Source: Tubulanus polymorphus
Taxonomy: Eukaryota; Animalia; Nemertea
Direction: 5' to 3'
Assembly (NCBI RefSeq): GCF_964204645.1
Contig: NC_134029.1
Span: forward strand, 5,022,001 to 5,086,000
Length of the DNA: 64,000 bases
This document shows, piece after piece, positions 23,901 to 34,696 of this stretch; the stretch's first letter is position 1, and the number at the start of each line of letters is the position of its first letter. The translations under genes were made by a program, and so were the position numbers. Below the pieces are notes generated by a model. It did no database searches, had not been told where the DNA came from, and saw only the letters and a list, made by a program, of their open reading frames with translations.

Positions 23901-26900
23901 TATCCGGTTCACCGGCTGATTCATCGTCGGACGACACGTCGACATCGAGTGGCGACCCGGCGCCGAGCGTTTTACGAGGATTCTCGAGCTCTTCGAGAGT
24001 TCCGGTCAGTCTACTTACGACGTGATTCAGAACGTGCGAAAATAACGCAAGCGTGAACGCGATAGCAGCAGTCACGTACTGAGACCCTGAATAAATAGAT
24101 GACAATTTTAAACTATGTAAAGCCAAATTGATATCATTTTTTTAAAACTTTACAGTGGATATTTTCTAAGAGACTTACTTCAAGCCTATCGACGGGACCT
24201 GCCATCTTGATCACGATAATGACATCATCATTCAACGTCACAAGGGATTCCCTCCTGTCATTCTTTAAGCTGGTGCTGCACCTGGATGCAGGAGTTAAAC
24301 AGGTTGTCCCAGATGCTTAGATTATGATGTCACTATTGTAATCAAGATTGCAGTGCCGTTCGAAAGGCCCAATGTTACTATAACAATAACGAATGCTGTG
24401 ACAGATTGTTCAGGTGGCATGTTAGCCAAAAAGTAGCACTTTTCTGCACTTACTGACATTTTAAGAAAAGTAAGCACAAATAAGGCCTTAACACTGAGTA
24501 GAGTAACTACATTAACATTCCATGAAGGAAAAGAATGAATTCCAACTCTAATAGTGTCAAACCGGACCAACAACCGTAGAACAGGGCCCTGTACTGTATC
24601 GCTTACCACTCATTTGTAGTTGTCTAACGGTCATTATACACATAACGACCAACCTATAAACGATTACATCATCTAAATACGGAACTTTCTCCTCTTCTCG
24701 ACCGTGAAACGAACCGTTCATCATCAACAGCGGCGGCTGATAGTACATACACAGGTTGAACTGTTGTAACGTCGTCTGGCAACATTCCTGCAGTTCTTTC
24801 GAATCGATACTATAGCGAAACGGAATGAGAGAAGAACCATTTAATAACCGGTGAAACAGAGGTATGGGTTATAATTTGAGGGCGCAGTACAATTAAAACA
24901 GTAACACAGTTATGATTAGAAGAATAAACTTCATTCATACCCATTATTATTGTGGAAGACATCCATCATGTGCATAAAACCGACCAGACAAGTTTTAACA
25001 TCTTTATACCTGCAAAAATTGCAATAAAAAATACAGCTGGTTTACCACAGTCGATGGCTGTATGTTCCCTGTGAACCGGTAATGAATGATTAACTCACTG
25101 TTGTTGTTCAGGAGGCATATCCCTCGGCGATGCTTGGCAAACTTCCGTAAACTTTTTTCTATTTTTCTCGAACAAACGCTTGAGGTTGCCTTCAGCTCCT
25201 TCGAAACTCTGCTCACACATCAAACTAAAAACATACACAAAATGTTACGGTACCGTTAAAGTGTATATGTAGTCGGCCTGTTAAAACGAAACATTCGTTG
25301 ACTGCAGTAGGTCATTATTTGAAAGTAAAATGACTTACCAGCGATAATAGAAATAAGCAGCAGAACAGCTATAATGTGAATTACCGGCTAAAGTTCCTAG
25401 TTGATTCTGTGGCATACCTAACAAACAATGGAAATAATAAAACTAACTACATTCATGGCAAACAAACTACATTTCAATGGAATCTTCTGGTCGATGATAA
25501 ATGACGTTATTGTTTCTCACCTAAGCTCGGGTAAAGGATGAGAGCCTGTTTGTAATAACGTTGCGCTAGAATTCGACTGCGAACGCCGTCAAAATCTTGC
25601 TGGTAACGAGCTGAAAATTGAAATTAAAATACATATAAAATCATTTCACATCATTAACTACTGAAAAATCGCCTATCTGGATAAATCAAAGTTTACAATG
25701 CTCAAATCAGGGTCCCTTAAGAGAAAATTTAAAATTTCAAGGAAATCCAAATCATTTCCATATCCAAATTACTGTAGACTCCTCCTGAACTAGTACTGTT
25801 TATTTCAGTAAAACCATTATTTTGGTGGTTTTGCGAGCAAATCTTTATCCTTAACACTACCTAAACTTAGTTTCTAGTTTTTCGGCATTTTGCCCAAATT
25901 AACATAGTTTCAGACTATCTGTTTAGGGTTTTTTAATAAATCAAGGAGCAGTAGGAATCCGGTAAATGTAGTCTGTTTCAATTCAAAACGGGCCAAAGCA
26001 ACCACACCAGCCCAGTGATTCAACAACACAAGTGTTTAACATACCGATATCTCCGAGATAAATCAAGCACCGATGACAAGCTTTACGAGCCCAATCTAGA
26101 ACCTGCGTGTCGACATCGATTCGTTTCATTTGAGTCATTCCTTTACGATCTGCAATATTACAAAACACCAAACTGTAAAACATGCGTTTTGCTCATTTAC
26201 GAATATTCGTACTTGTACTTACTAATAAGGTGAGATGGCGGCTCGGATAGGTAGTGGAAGTCCAAGATGTTTAAATTCAAACCGAATTCGCTTTGAATTC
26301 GTAGTAATAGATGATGGTAATATCCAGTCGCAGCAGCTAGATGCGTACGAAACGCAATTTCAAGACTACTCTTTTGTTGAACTGACTGAAAAAAGGTAGG
26401 CAAAATGTCCAGTGATAGCAACATATGAACAAGAGCTAGAAATTCGTCATGTGCGGCAAATAAAGACTGGAGCGTTCATGAAAAAACAGAAAGATTTTGA
26501 ACATCTTTATCATTTAGAGAAACCCATATTATCAAATCAAACTGTTATTGTTTGTTTTCTTATGTTTTGGGCAGAATCCTTCCACCAATCTTCAGTGCAT
26601 ATTTGAAAACGACAGTTAAATGTTACACAGTAGTTACTAGTTACAATAGTTAAGAACCACACCAGGAGTCTCAACTTACATTCTACAGTATTTCAAAAAC
26701 ACAGAATTTTTGGTTTTTCAACTAAAGAAATCTTTCAGTTTTTATTGTGGGTTGACTCGCAAAACAAGAAAGCCATAACAGAGACCAGGAATTTCTGCTT
26801 CAGTCACAAATCTTTGCTTCATATTTACAACAAGAACAACAATTCAAAATCAATCAACCATTTGAACCTTGAAACTGGATCCTGCACTTCCACAGAAGTT

Positions 26901-28008
26901 GGCAAAAATTTCATATCAAACAATAGAATAAGTAAGTTCAAATCTGATCTTGTGAAAAACGAACCTTTCGATGGTTCTTCAACAGCTGAATGATGTCATA
27001 GAAAACTTTACGCCATAAAAGTTCTTCAGCTCGCCGGCCGTATTCAGTCGGATCATAGAACATCAGCTGCTCGCAGTAGTCTTTTAATCTATGTTATCGA
27101 GGAAAGAAAGAATTAGCACTTCATACTGAAGCTGCCCTAGAAGTGGTGCGTGCCAGGATAATGTCAATGAAGAGCTGCAACACCAGGTGATGTGATGATC
27201 ACTCAGATCTTCCGTTCGGGTCTACTTTACTGACTCACCTATTTCGAAGCCCGATAGATTCTGATAAGAAGACATCTCTGTAAGCTTTTTTCGTTTTGAG
27301 TATTTCATCAAGTCTCCTGATGCAGTCCAGAACTGCCCTGTTAAATAAAATAGATTTTAAACCTTACCACTTATAAAATAATGCACGTCAGCAATAAAGA
27401 CCAGGTATTTTGTAAGCAGAGGCCTTTTCTATATAGTAAGGGCCTTGAAGTTGAGCAACGGAACCATCATTCCTCAGCAGGGAATCGATGATATCAAGGC
27501 TCTGCCACAGTACAACACAATCCTTGATTATCAAAAGGAGTAATTGGCTTCCCTGATCTAAGAGGGTGTAAGCTCAACATTATAGCGATCATAGTGGCTA
27601 TTAATGCTGGCATCTAGGAATACGAAATACGGGCAAGGTCAGACAGCACAAGATTTATAACACCAGAGTTTTGCCTGCCTTTCTGTTTTGTAGCATAATT
27701 TAGCAAGGATCTAACTAATACCGGTACTAAAAGTTAGGAGGGCGGGGAGAGAAGGCACTTGTTATATCGGATCATGCTGGGTTTATCTACAGATGTGGCA
27801 GTAGTGGATTTATTTATTATTTCATCCGGCCATAGCCCATATTTAAGAGTCTGTGACGATTCACAGGCTTTGAACTGCTGCAGTAGCCTTGCTGCAGTCC
27901 AAGTCAGCAGTATCGCGTAGTGTAGTTTTCTCACTCTAACCTGTAGAGCCGCTTTGCTTTATCGAGCTCAGATTTTCCATCTGAATTCTTTCCAGGTATT
28001 TTCTTCAT
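8970..28008 (-). CDS. SMG5: SMG5 (EST1B) nonsense-mediated mRNA decay factor, 26 coding exons, ~1067 aa
   Basis: Exons, all flanked by AG/GT with consistent phases (3204 nt in total): 28008-27941, 27337-27239, 27088-26965, 26385-26223, 26149-26045, 25610-25521, 25417-25339, 25224-25099, 25009-24941, 24809-24607, 24086-23851, 23457-23376, 22974-22781, 22197-21972, 21539-21432, 21348-21282, 20738-20609, 20493-20418, 20297-20107, 19702-19553, 11601-11542, 10943-10787, 10674-10584, 10374-10294, 10065-9908, 9040-8970. The translation carries SMG5 hallmarks: KRLYRAV, YGRRAEELLWRKVFY, ACHRCLIYLGDIARYQ, GMPQNQLGTL, FEGAEGNLKRLF, RNQLMRDMAQLRLQ, and a degenerate C-terminal PIN domain (PYVVVDVTALC...ARDAIRWLENEFKKGNR...DFYKKWKE*). 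Confidence 0.95.
10731..10746 (+). promoter_or_regulatory. CTCF-like motif
   Basis: CCGCTAGATGGCAGCA matches the CTCF core consensus CCRCYAGRKGGCRS. Confidence 0.5.
11031..11308. mobile_element. Non-autonomous TIR element (hAT-like ends)
   Basis: CAGGTCGGCCAC...GTGGCCACCCTG termini, lying between two copies of a ~40-bp repeat (CTCGATTATCAGCCT). Confidence 0.55.
13784..13909. mobile_element. Palindromic MITE; split relative at ~22313-22730
   Basis: GGGCCAGTTGTTCAAAGGTTGGTTA...TAACCAACTTTTGAGCACCTGGC. The same segments recur at ~22313 and ~22682. Confidence 0.65.
18353..18482. mobile_element. MITE copy (family of 4574-4711)
   Basis: Shares AAGTCCAAAAGTGGTCTTAAATCTT...GACTGGTCTTAAATCTAAG with the 4.6-kb copies. 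Confidence 0.65.
20995..21253. mobile_element. Penelope-like retroelement remnant: inverted pseudo-LTR pair in an SMG5 intron
   Basis: Near-perfect palindrome 20995-21220 (arms ~107 bp, one mismatch seen) plus a short tail, flanked by the direct repeat GAGTGGAGCCT (20984-20994 and 21256-21266). Each arm contains a hammerhead core. Confidence 0.75.
21113..21159 (+). ncRNA. Minimal type I hammerhead ribozyme motif (mirror copy on - at ~21056-21101)
   Basis: TTATTC-CTGAAGA-T-GACTA(ttaggata)TAGTC-GAAAC-GTT-GAAATAA: CUGANGA box, stem II, GAAA box, palindromic minimal stem III with a GUU triplet, and an imperfect stem I. Confidence 0.7.
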
Positions 28009-28383
28009 TTTATTCGATTGACAGAAAGTCAAATCAACATCCAGCACATCTTTACAAATAGTGTTTTTCTCGCTTCAAAAAAGAACTTTTACAGAAGTTT
28101 CACTTTGACAGCAAGCGCTACCGGAACTAGAACTAGACTCCACACATCGGTCGGAATGAGACCCGGACGTGTAAGTCAATACAATACAATAAACTTTATT
28201 CGCATTTTACCTGGAAGAGTGCATCTATATAGTATGATAGATGTGTGTTGCCTATATTATGGAAAACACCACCACAAAGAACTCGTACAAATCCTTCAAT
28301 CTTTAGTAGTTTATAGTGATGACTTGACGACGATCTCCTCGGACGGACAGCCGGGGAGTAATAATGGCTTTTTGCCTTACAAA

Positions 28384-28430
28384 CAGCGGCTGGCCTATTG
28401 CATCTTCAAGATGCAATAGGCCAGCCGCTG
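28384..28430. repeat. Perfect 23-bp-arm palindrome upstream of SMG5
   Basis: CAGCGGCTGGCCTATTGCATCTT-C-AAGATGCAATAGGCCAGCCGCTG. Confidence 0.95.
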
Positions 28431-31400
28431 AAAAAAGTTTTTTCAACCACCCGGAACGGTTTTTCACCGTCCAGAAAAATAATTTTACAAGATCCCTAAC
28501 TGATCCCTAATACCGCATGCTCCCGTATCCCACGGAAAAAAGACCCCGGCGAGGCAGCTTCGATCAGTGCGCATCATACTTGAGCGCCGATCTGTGATCA
28601 AACATTTTTAGTTAGTATGATCGTAATGGATTCGACTAATAAGTCCATACAAAAATGTTGGAAAGGCGACAGGTGCCTTAGGTTTTCTCAAATGAACATG
28701 CCATTGAAACAAAGGAAGTTTTTGAGTTTTTCCTGTCAATTCGTTTGTTAGAATTTCATCCGTTGAAGAGAGTTCCATCTCGTATGCAACAGATGGGCTA
28801 TTTAGTAGGCCACCATTTCTTTGTCTTTTTTTAATTCGGTGTCGTTTCTTTATCATTGCGTGGCTTTGATCTCAGAGTGCATCAAATGGAAAAATTGTCA
28901 TCGGATATTTACGCGTCAGAATGTCCGCGTCCGACTTTCATTAATCGAGAGATCGAAAATGTAGTTTCTGTCGACTGTTGATAAAGTCGATGGTTTATAT
29001 CAGCATGCACACAGCAGACGAGACAGCAGCGGATATCGCGAAGAACCGTATCATTTCTCGCTGAGAAGCATGGCTGTGTATTGGCACTTCTTTGAACCTA
29101 TTAAATCGCTAAGCGTGTCCGGAATAATGGAGGCTTTTTCCTACGAGTAAATAAATGAGGTTTTCTTAATCTTTCGTGCGCTCTACACGTTTAAACATCA
29201 AACATGCCACTTATTGTACATTTGAGATTGATGGTCTGATTATACGGAACTGACTAGAAAACAGAGACTATCTGTTTGAGAGTCGTAATACGTGGATTAC
29301 TCGTAAAAATCGAACATCTGATCGTGCCACTCGGCCGTGCGGAAGATTGCCATGAAAATTATGCCTACTAAAGACGAATCGAATGTCCCAACTCGCTTCG
29401 GGGCTGATGCAAAGTTCCCCTCATTGACATTTTAATTTCCGATTTGACGCGAGGAAAATATTGACTGTGCGATAAAATACAATACAATTTTAATCTGGGT
29501 ATCACCCAAGGGGCGGATTTTTTAACGTCGGTTATATATTGAATTAAACATCACTTTAGACAGATTAATTAAAATAGCTTTGACAGAATTTCAACAAAAA
29601 AGGGGAACGATCTTGTAGTTTTTAATTTCGAAGATTGATGGGTTGACAGGTATCGAAAAAATCTTTAAGTCCGACCGTATCAGCGTTTATCCACACAGGG
29701 TCCCTATGTTTGATTGGAATTTATTCGCCGTCACAGGCATATGAAATTATTCTTAGCTCTTTAGTATAGTGCAGTAGGAAGGGAGAGAGAAGAAGCCGGA
29801 AGTAGTCTATACGTAAATGCTGTTTTGAACTTTCAATTCATAGCAGAGCTTTAGCTTATCGTTTTGTACGTTCATTGGATTTACAATGATCCGAATAAAG
29901 GCATTATTTGCGAAGGGAATGGGCGAATAAATGAAATTACATGGCGGTCAAAGAAACTATCATTCACTGTAAAGGCCAATCCTCGGACCATCGCGGGGGA
30001 AATCGAATAGTGTGTTTGACTCGTAGACAATAACATGTATTGCTCCCCTCTCTCACATCGGTATTCAAATGGTGCACACTTCTTGCCAACTCCACGTGTC
30101 TTTGCGTTCGGCTACCTGCTGCAGTTCCATCCCCATCAGCATATAAAATGAATACATAAATGTGGATGTAGGTGACAGTATCACAAGACGATTTACGTGA
30201 CTGAATGTAATTGTTCGTTGCGCATTTACAAGGAGCTAACGACTACATGACTATCACATAAAATGGGAACTTATCACGAGAAACCAGCGGTTCAATGTTT
30301 CCCAGAAGATGCGTTATAGTCCCGGGAAACTGTCAGGTGTATAGCAAAAACTACTCCCACCGGAATCTGCTAATCGGTCGCGTAGCAAACGAATTGGGTA
30401 ATGTAGATGTTAGGGACTGAATCTCTTCTTTGCTTATCGCGATTCGCTTCATCGCTTTGATTCTTGATTCGATTTTGCTCGCCATCGGCTGCCTGCACGT
30501 CTGTCGTCGCTCGTTCTCTTTCACTACACGCTGTTTCTAATTACTCGAGAACAATCGCCCAAATCAATGCTTAATTGTCGACATGAAAGCTCGGCTGAAA
30601 TTAGACCGATATTGCCCTAGTCGTAAATTGGACTTTCACGCAGCGTTTGTCGTTAGTTTCAATTAGCGTATCGTTATGCCGGTCATGACTTTTACAGGAA
30701 ACAGTGGATGAGATTTTGGAATGATTACTTTTCGCTTTCAAAGCACTCGCATTTGATTGGGGGTTTCCAATGACGTTTGGTGGAGAATAATTAAACAGAA
30801 ATCTAGGAAAAGCCATTTGTCATCCTTGCAAGAAATGAAAGTCCAAATGAAAGGCCTCCATTGATTGCCTCGGCCAGAGATCCATCATCAGCAAAAATAG
30901 ACAAACGCACCGGTTTTTGCCCTACAGTTTCAGGCTCACAATATGAACCCTATTTTTTAAAATCCACCCACTGTAAGTCACCGGAGTATCAGAACTTGAA
31001 TGAAACGGTATTCTTTTAACAGGGAGGGAACGAAAAGAACCACCGCCCAATTCCGCCAACTCAAGGATTCGAACCCACTCAGTTCGTGACATTCGAATAG
31101 CGTTCATCCTCGAAAGTTTTCTGCTGTTTAATCACATCTCCGATACAGTCGTCAATGCTAGAGTCCCTTGGCAATCCCGTGCGGAGGGCAATTTGCTCTG
31201 AGACATTAGCACATCATTTATGATTGAAGGAACACACGATTTTATATGGTTCACGCGAGTTTTACCTCGGACGTACTATTCTAAGTGGTTTTAACTAATG
31301 GTACTGCTTTTCCTGATGTGCAATAACGGCTACGATTTAAATAGAAGACGCACGCAACAATTCTCTTTCATCAATTTATAAACAAGTTGATTGTTTCATC

Positions 31401-31927
31401 TGCAGCGCGACAAACGTGGATAGAATATCAAACACGAATACCGTAGAATAGGGATACCGTGGTTACTTGAGACAAACCTTTTTTATTGAAGTAACCGGCC
31501 GATGTAGTCTCATCGGCATTTATGATCATTTTCATCGTTTTCTTGCAATGCGATTCTTTCAAATTGAAATAATACCGATGGTACGAAGCAACTTTTGTGT
31601 GGGTGTTTAAAAAATGACTTCAATTTTTTTAAACTGCCAAAAGGAAATTCTTCCTAAATATGGCGCCAAGCAAACAACTCATATTTAATTACTAGACAAT
31701 AAAATGATCTTATAATTTACGTCACGTTTTGCATGATCATCATCATCAGTTAGTTGTATTATGGAATCGAAGCTATGATACTATGAAGAGGTGTCTCAAG
31801 TATCCCAGCCCTACGCCATTCACTAAAACATCAATACGATTGCGTTGGCGCGCCAACAATTCATGGCATCAATGAATGAGCGGTCGATGTTGATGAGAAT
31901 GAAAGATGTTAAATCAAACGTTATTTT

Positions 31928-32099
<172 letters not shown>

Positions 32100-33484
32100 T
32101 GTTTTTTTTCAGAAAATCTATTGCAGCCGGTGATATCCGTTACGTATTGGGCGAGTGATACATCAATTTAGGTATAGAAAAATAGTGTCAAAAAGATCCG
32201 CATTTCAGTCGATGAAAGATTTTCTAGATGGGCAGCATACGAATATTAGTGCGATCAGATGAATGCTTTTATTCGATAAAAAGTTTCTGCGCATTTCCTG
32301 ATATTCGCGTTCACCGATGTTTTGTTATGTTTATTTCATTTCGGTCGTTACGATCCCGGTGAGAATATTGCTTTACGAAACAAAATGCAGATGATGATAG
32401 ACAGAGGAATCGAATTCCGCTGACTCTACCATGTAGCAGAGGGAATGAAGACATAGATTTCTGTTGACACGCCGATTTAGCAATTCATAACTTTATCGAT
32501 ATTCGCTTGCCGGGGCTAGTTAACGTCACCGAGCACTTCAGTATTATTCTATTCTTATACATAGATACATATAGGTTACACCGATATATGCTACAATCCC
32601 CATCCCATTGGATAAAATTTCGATAAGAAATTCCAAAATCATAAGTTGCCTATCGTAGCCGCGATACCGGTCACATTAACGGTTGATTTAATGCAATCGA
32701 GGCGACCTTGAACTTTACCTTTACGTCCGTCTGCAATTGCTTTTTTCGCTCGACTTGCGCGCAATAAACTAGTTACCTATACTTCCATTATCGGCTTCAA
32801 AACGCCGGAATCCCGAGAGATATTCTCGTGATCCGGGTGGTAATTAATACGTCATTCGAAATGTTGTCTGTTCTCCGTGGAGGAAATGAAAATAAATCCT
32901 CATTTTAAACCGATATCGCTGACAAACAATGGAACATAACTCATGACGACTGAGAGAGCGTGTTTTTTCTCAAATATTGTACACCTATTGTACACCTATT
33001 TTGATCGATTGAATTTCTATTATCTACGGTACAAAACGTAAAATTGTTAAAAAAAAGGAAACGCAATTTATATCTGAATTGTTAAGGATCGTTTGGTTCG
33101 AGACGAGACGAATACCAAAAACAGCTTAAGCATGAAATAAACTGATCAATCAAATGCGACCACTGCCATGTTCAGAATATAACGCGTACAGAGATGCTTA
33201 GTTATCAACGTTATAAGAAGAAATGGAAAAAATTGTTTCATGTCGTACACGAATAGAAAGTCTATCAACTGCCTTATCAAAGCTGCCGGTCAATCGGGTC
33301 AGATTTGTTTTCATCATCTGCCATCGAAGCTGCCGGTCAATCGGGTCCATTTTTTTAGGAATTCAACACGCAGCGGAACCTTCCTCGCTATCGGTGCGAT
33401 GTTGTCCGATCAAAATCAATTGTCGATAAGGAACATTTTCGCCGTCGGAACTCTGCAAGAGGGGCGTAGTAATGAGCAGACTTG

Positions 33485-33750
33485 ATTGACAACCCATTTC
33501 CTTCTGCCAAGCTACGTAGCGGGGGACTGAGTACATAGATAAATTTGTTTAGCTGCAGGGATGATGACACGGTAATCGCACAAACAAGTCCCTTACAGTA
33601 AATAACAGGTTGGCGGAACTTTGTTACAGCGATAGCGCAACTCACCTGAGGCTGGTTCTGCGATCACGAAATTGTCACATTACACATACACCAGTCCTCC
33701 CTGGCAGGGATTCGAACCTGATTGCATCTCTAGACTCAGCCAACCGTGGT
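33485..33750 (-). mobile_element. tRNA-derived SINE remnant
   Basis: Pol III B-box GGTTCGAATCC on - at 33708-33718 without a full cloverleaf. Isolated B-box-like motifs also occur at ~31065 (-) and ~54774 (+). Boundaries are approximate. Confidence 0.45.
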
Positions 33751-34336
33751 GAGTCTCGATCCCTGTCGAGGGGGATGATACACCCTAAAACAGGGCAAAA
33801 TGTGATCGGCCCGGTAGTTAGAAAACACCATAAAGATATTTCAACATAAAACAATGATGATTTTTTATGGTACAAACCCGAAAGTGTGCATGCAGCCCCG
33901 GGGAAAACTATTAAAATGTTTCTACCACCGGCTAATGAAGAGAAGCAGGTGTATTTTTCTAATTCATCATAATATTGATTTATCGGGGAGCTGTTGAAGA
34001 TTAAAAACGAAAAGGATTTAAACTTCCAATAACGAATGCTTTGATCTATATAGCCGAGTGGCAAGACGCATTCGACGGATTTTAAATGAAAACATTTACA
34101 GAGCGCGGTGGATAAAGATCTGAAATATCGGGACAAGTTTGAAGATAACAGATTGAGTAATACACTTTCTAAGGAGTCTGATGCTGGTGCAAAACAAAGG
34201 CAAAAATACTCAAAGAAACAAAACTAGTTCATGTTATTCTAAATGTCATCCAGGAACATGTTCTTGAAATTTCACCTCTACCCCAAGGTCAAAATCAATT
34301 CATTTTCAATGTCAGTGCTTGAAGAAGGAACAATTT

Positions 34337-34578
34337 AGCCGCGATGACACGAAGACGATTTGGCCCGGGCCGAATTGGTACGGCCAGGCTCGGGTCAAAT
34401 TTGGCCCGTGCCTAATTAGAGAGCGCCTTCACACGTAAACCTCTCATTCGATATCAAACAAAGCGAAATGGGTCATTTCCGGTACCAGATGCAATTCACA
34501 GGCAATGATTTGGCTCGGTGAACACTGTGTTTCGGGCCAAATTTGGCACGGGCCAAAAATGCTCGTGTGATCGCGGCT
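34337..34578. mobile_element. MITE with GCCGCGATCACACGA-type TIRs (TTA/TAA flanks, Harbinger-like)
   Basis: AGCCGCGATGACACGA...TCGTGTGATCGCGGCT with internal GGCCAAATTTGGC motifs. Partial or diverged copies at ~2210-2499, 3364-3553, 5410-5450, 11900-12198 and 14641-14725. Confidence 0.75.
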
Positions 34579-34587
34579 AACGTCCAG

Positions 34588-34696
34588 GGGTCGGTTCTAT
34601 AGACTGGTATCAACTTTAACACGGGGGTTAACTCTATTGAAAATGAATTGAGTTAGCCCCCGGGTTAAAGTTAATACCAGTCTATACAACCGGCTC
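34588..34696. mobile_element. Palindromic MITE (CAG TSD); sister copy at 50764-50872
   Basis: Long imperfect palindrome GGGTCGGTTCTATAGACTGGTAT...ATACCAGTCTATACAACCGGCTC flanked by CAG/CAG. Confidence 0.75.

Noticed and set aside
33690-33760. tRNA gene
   Set aside because: Only a B-box/T-arm is present, with no acceptor stem or anticodon arm. Treated as a SINE remnant.
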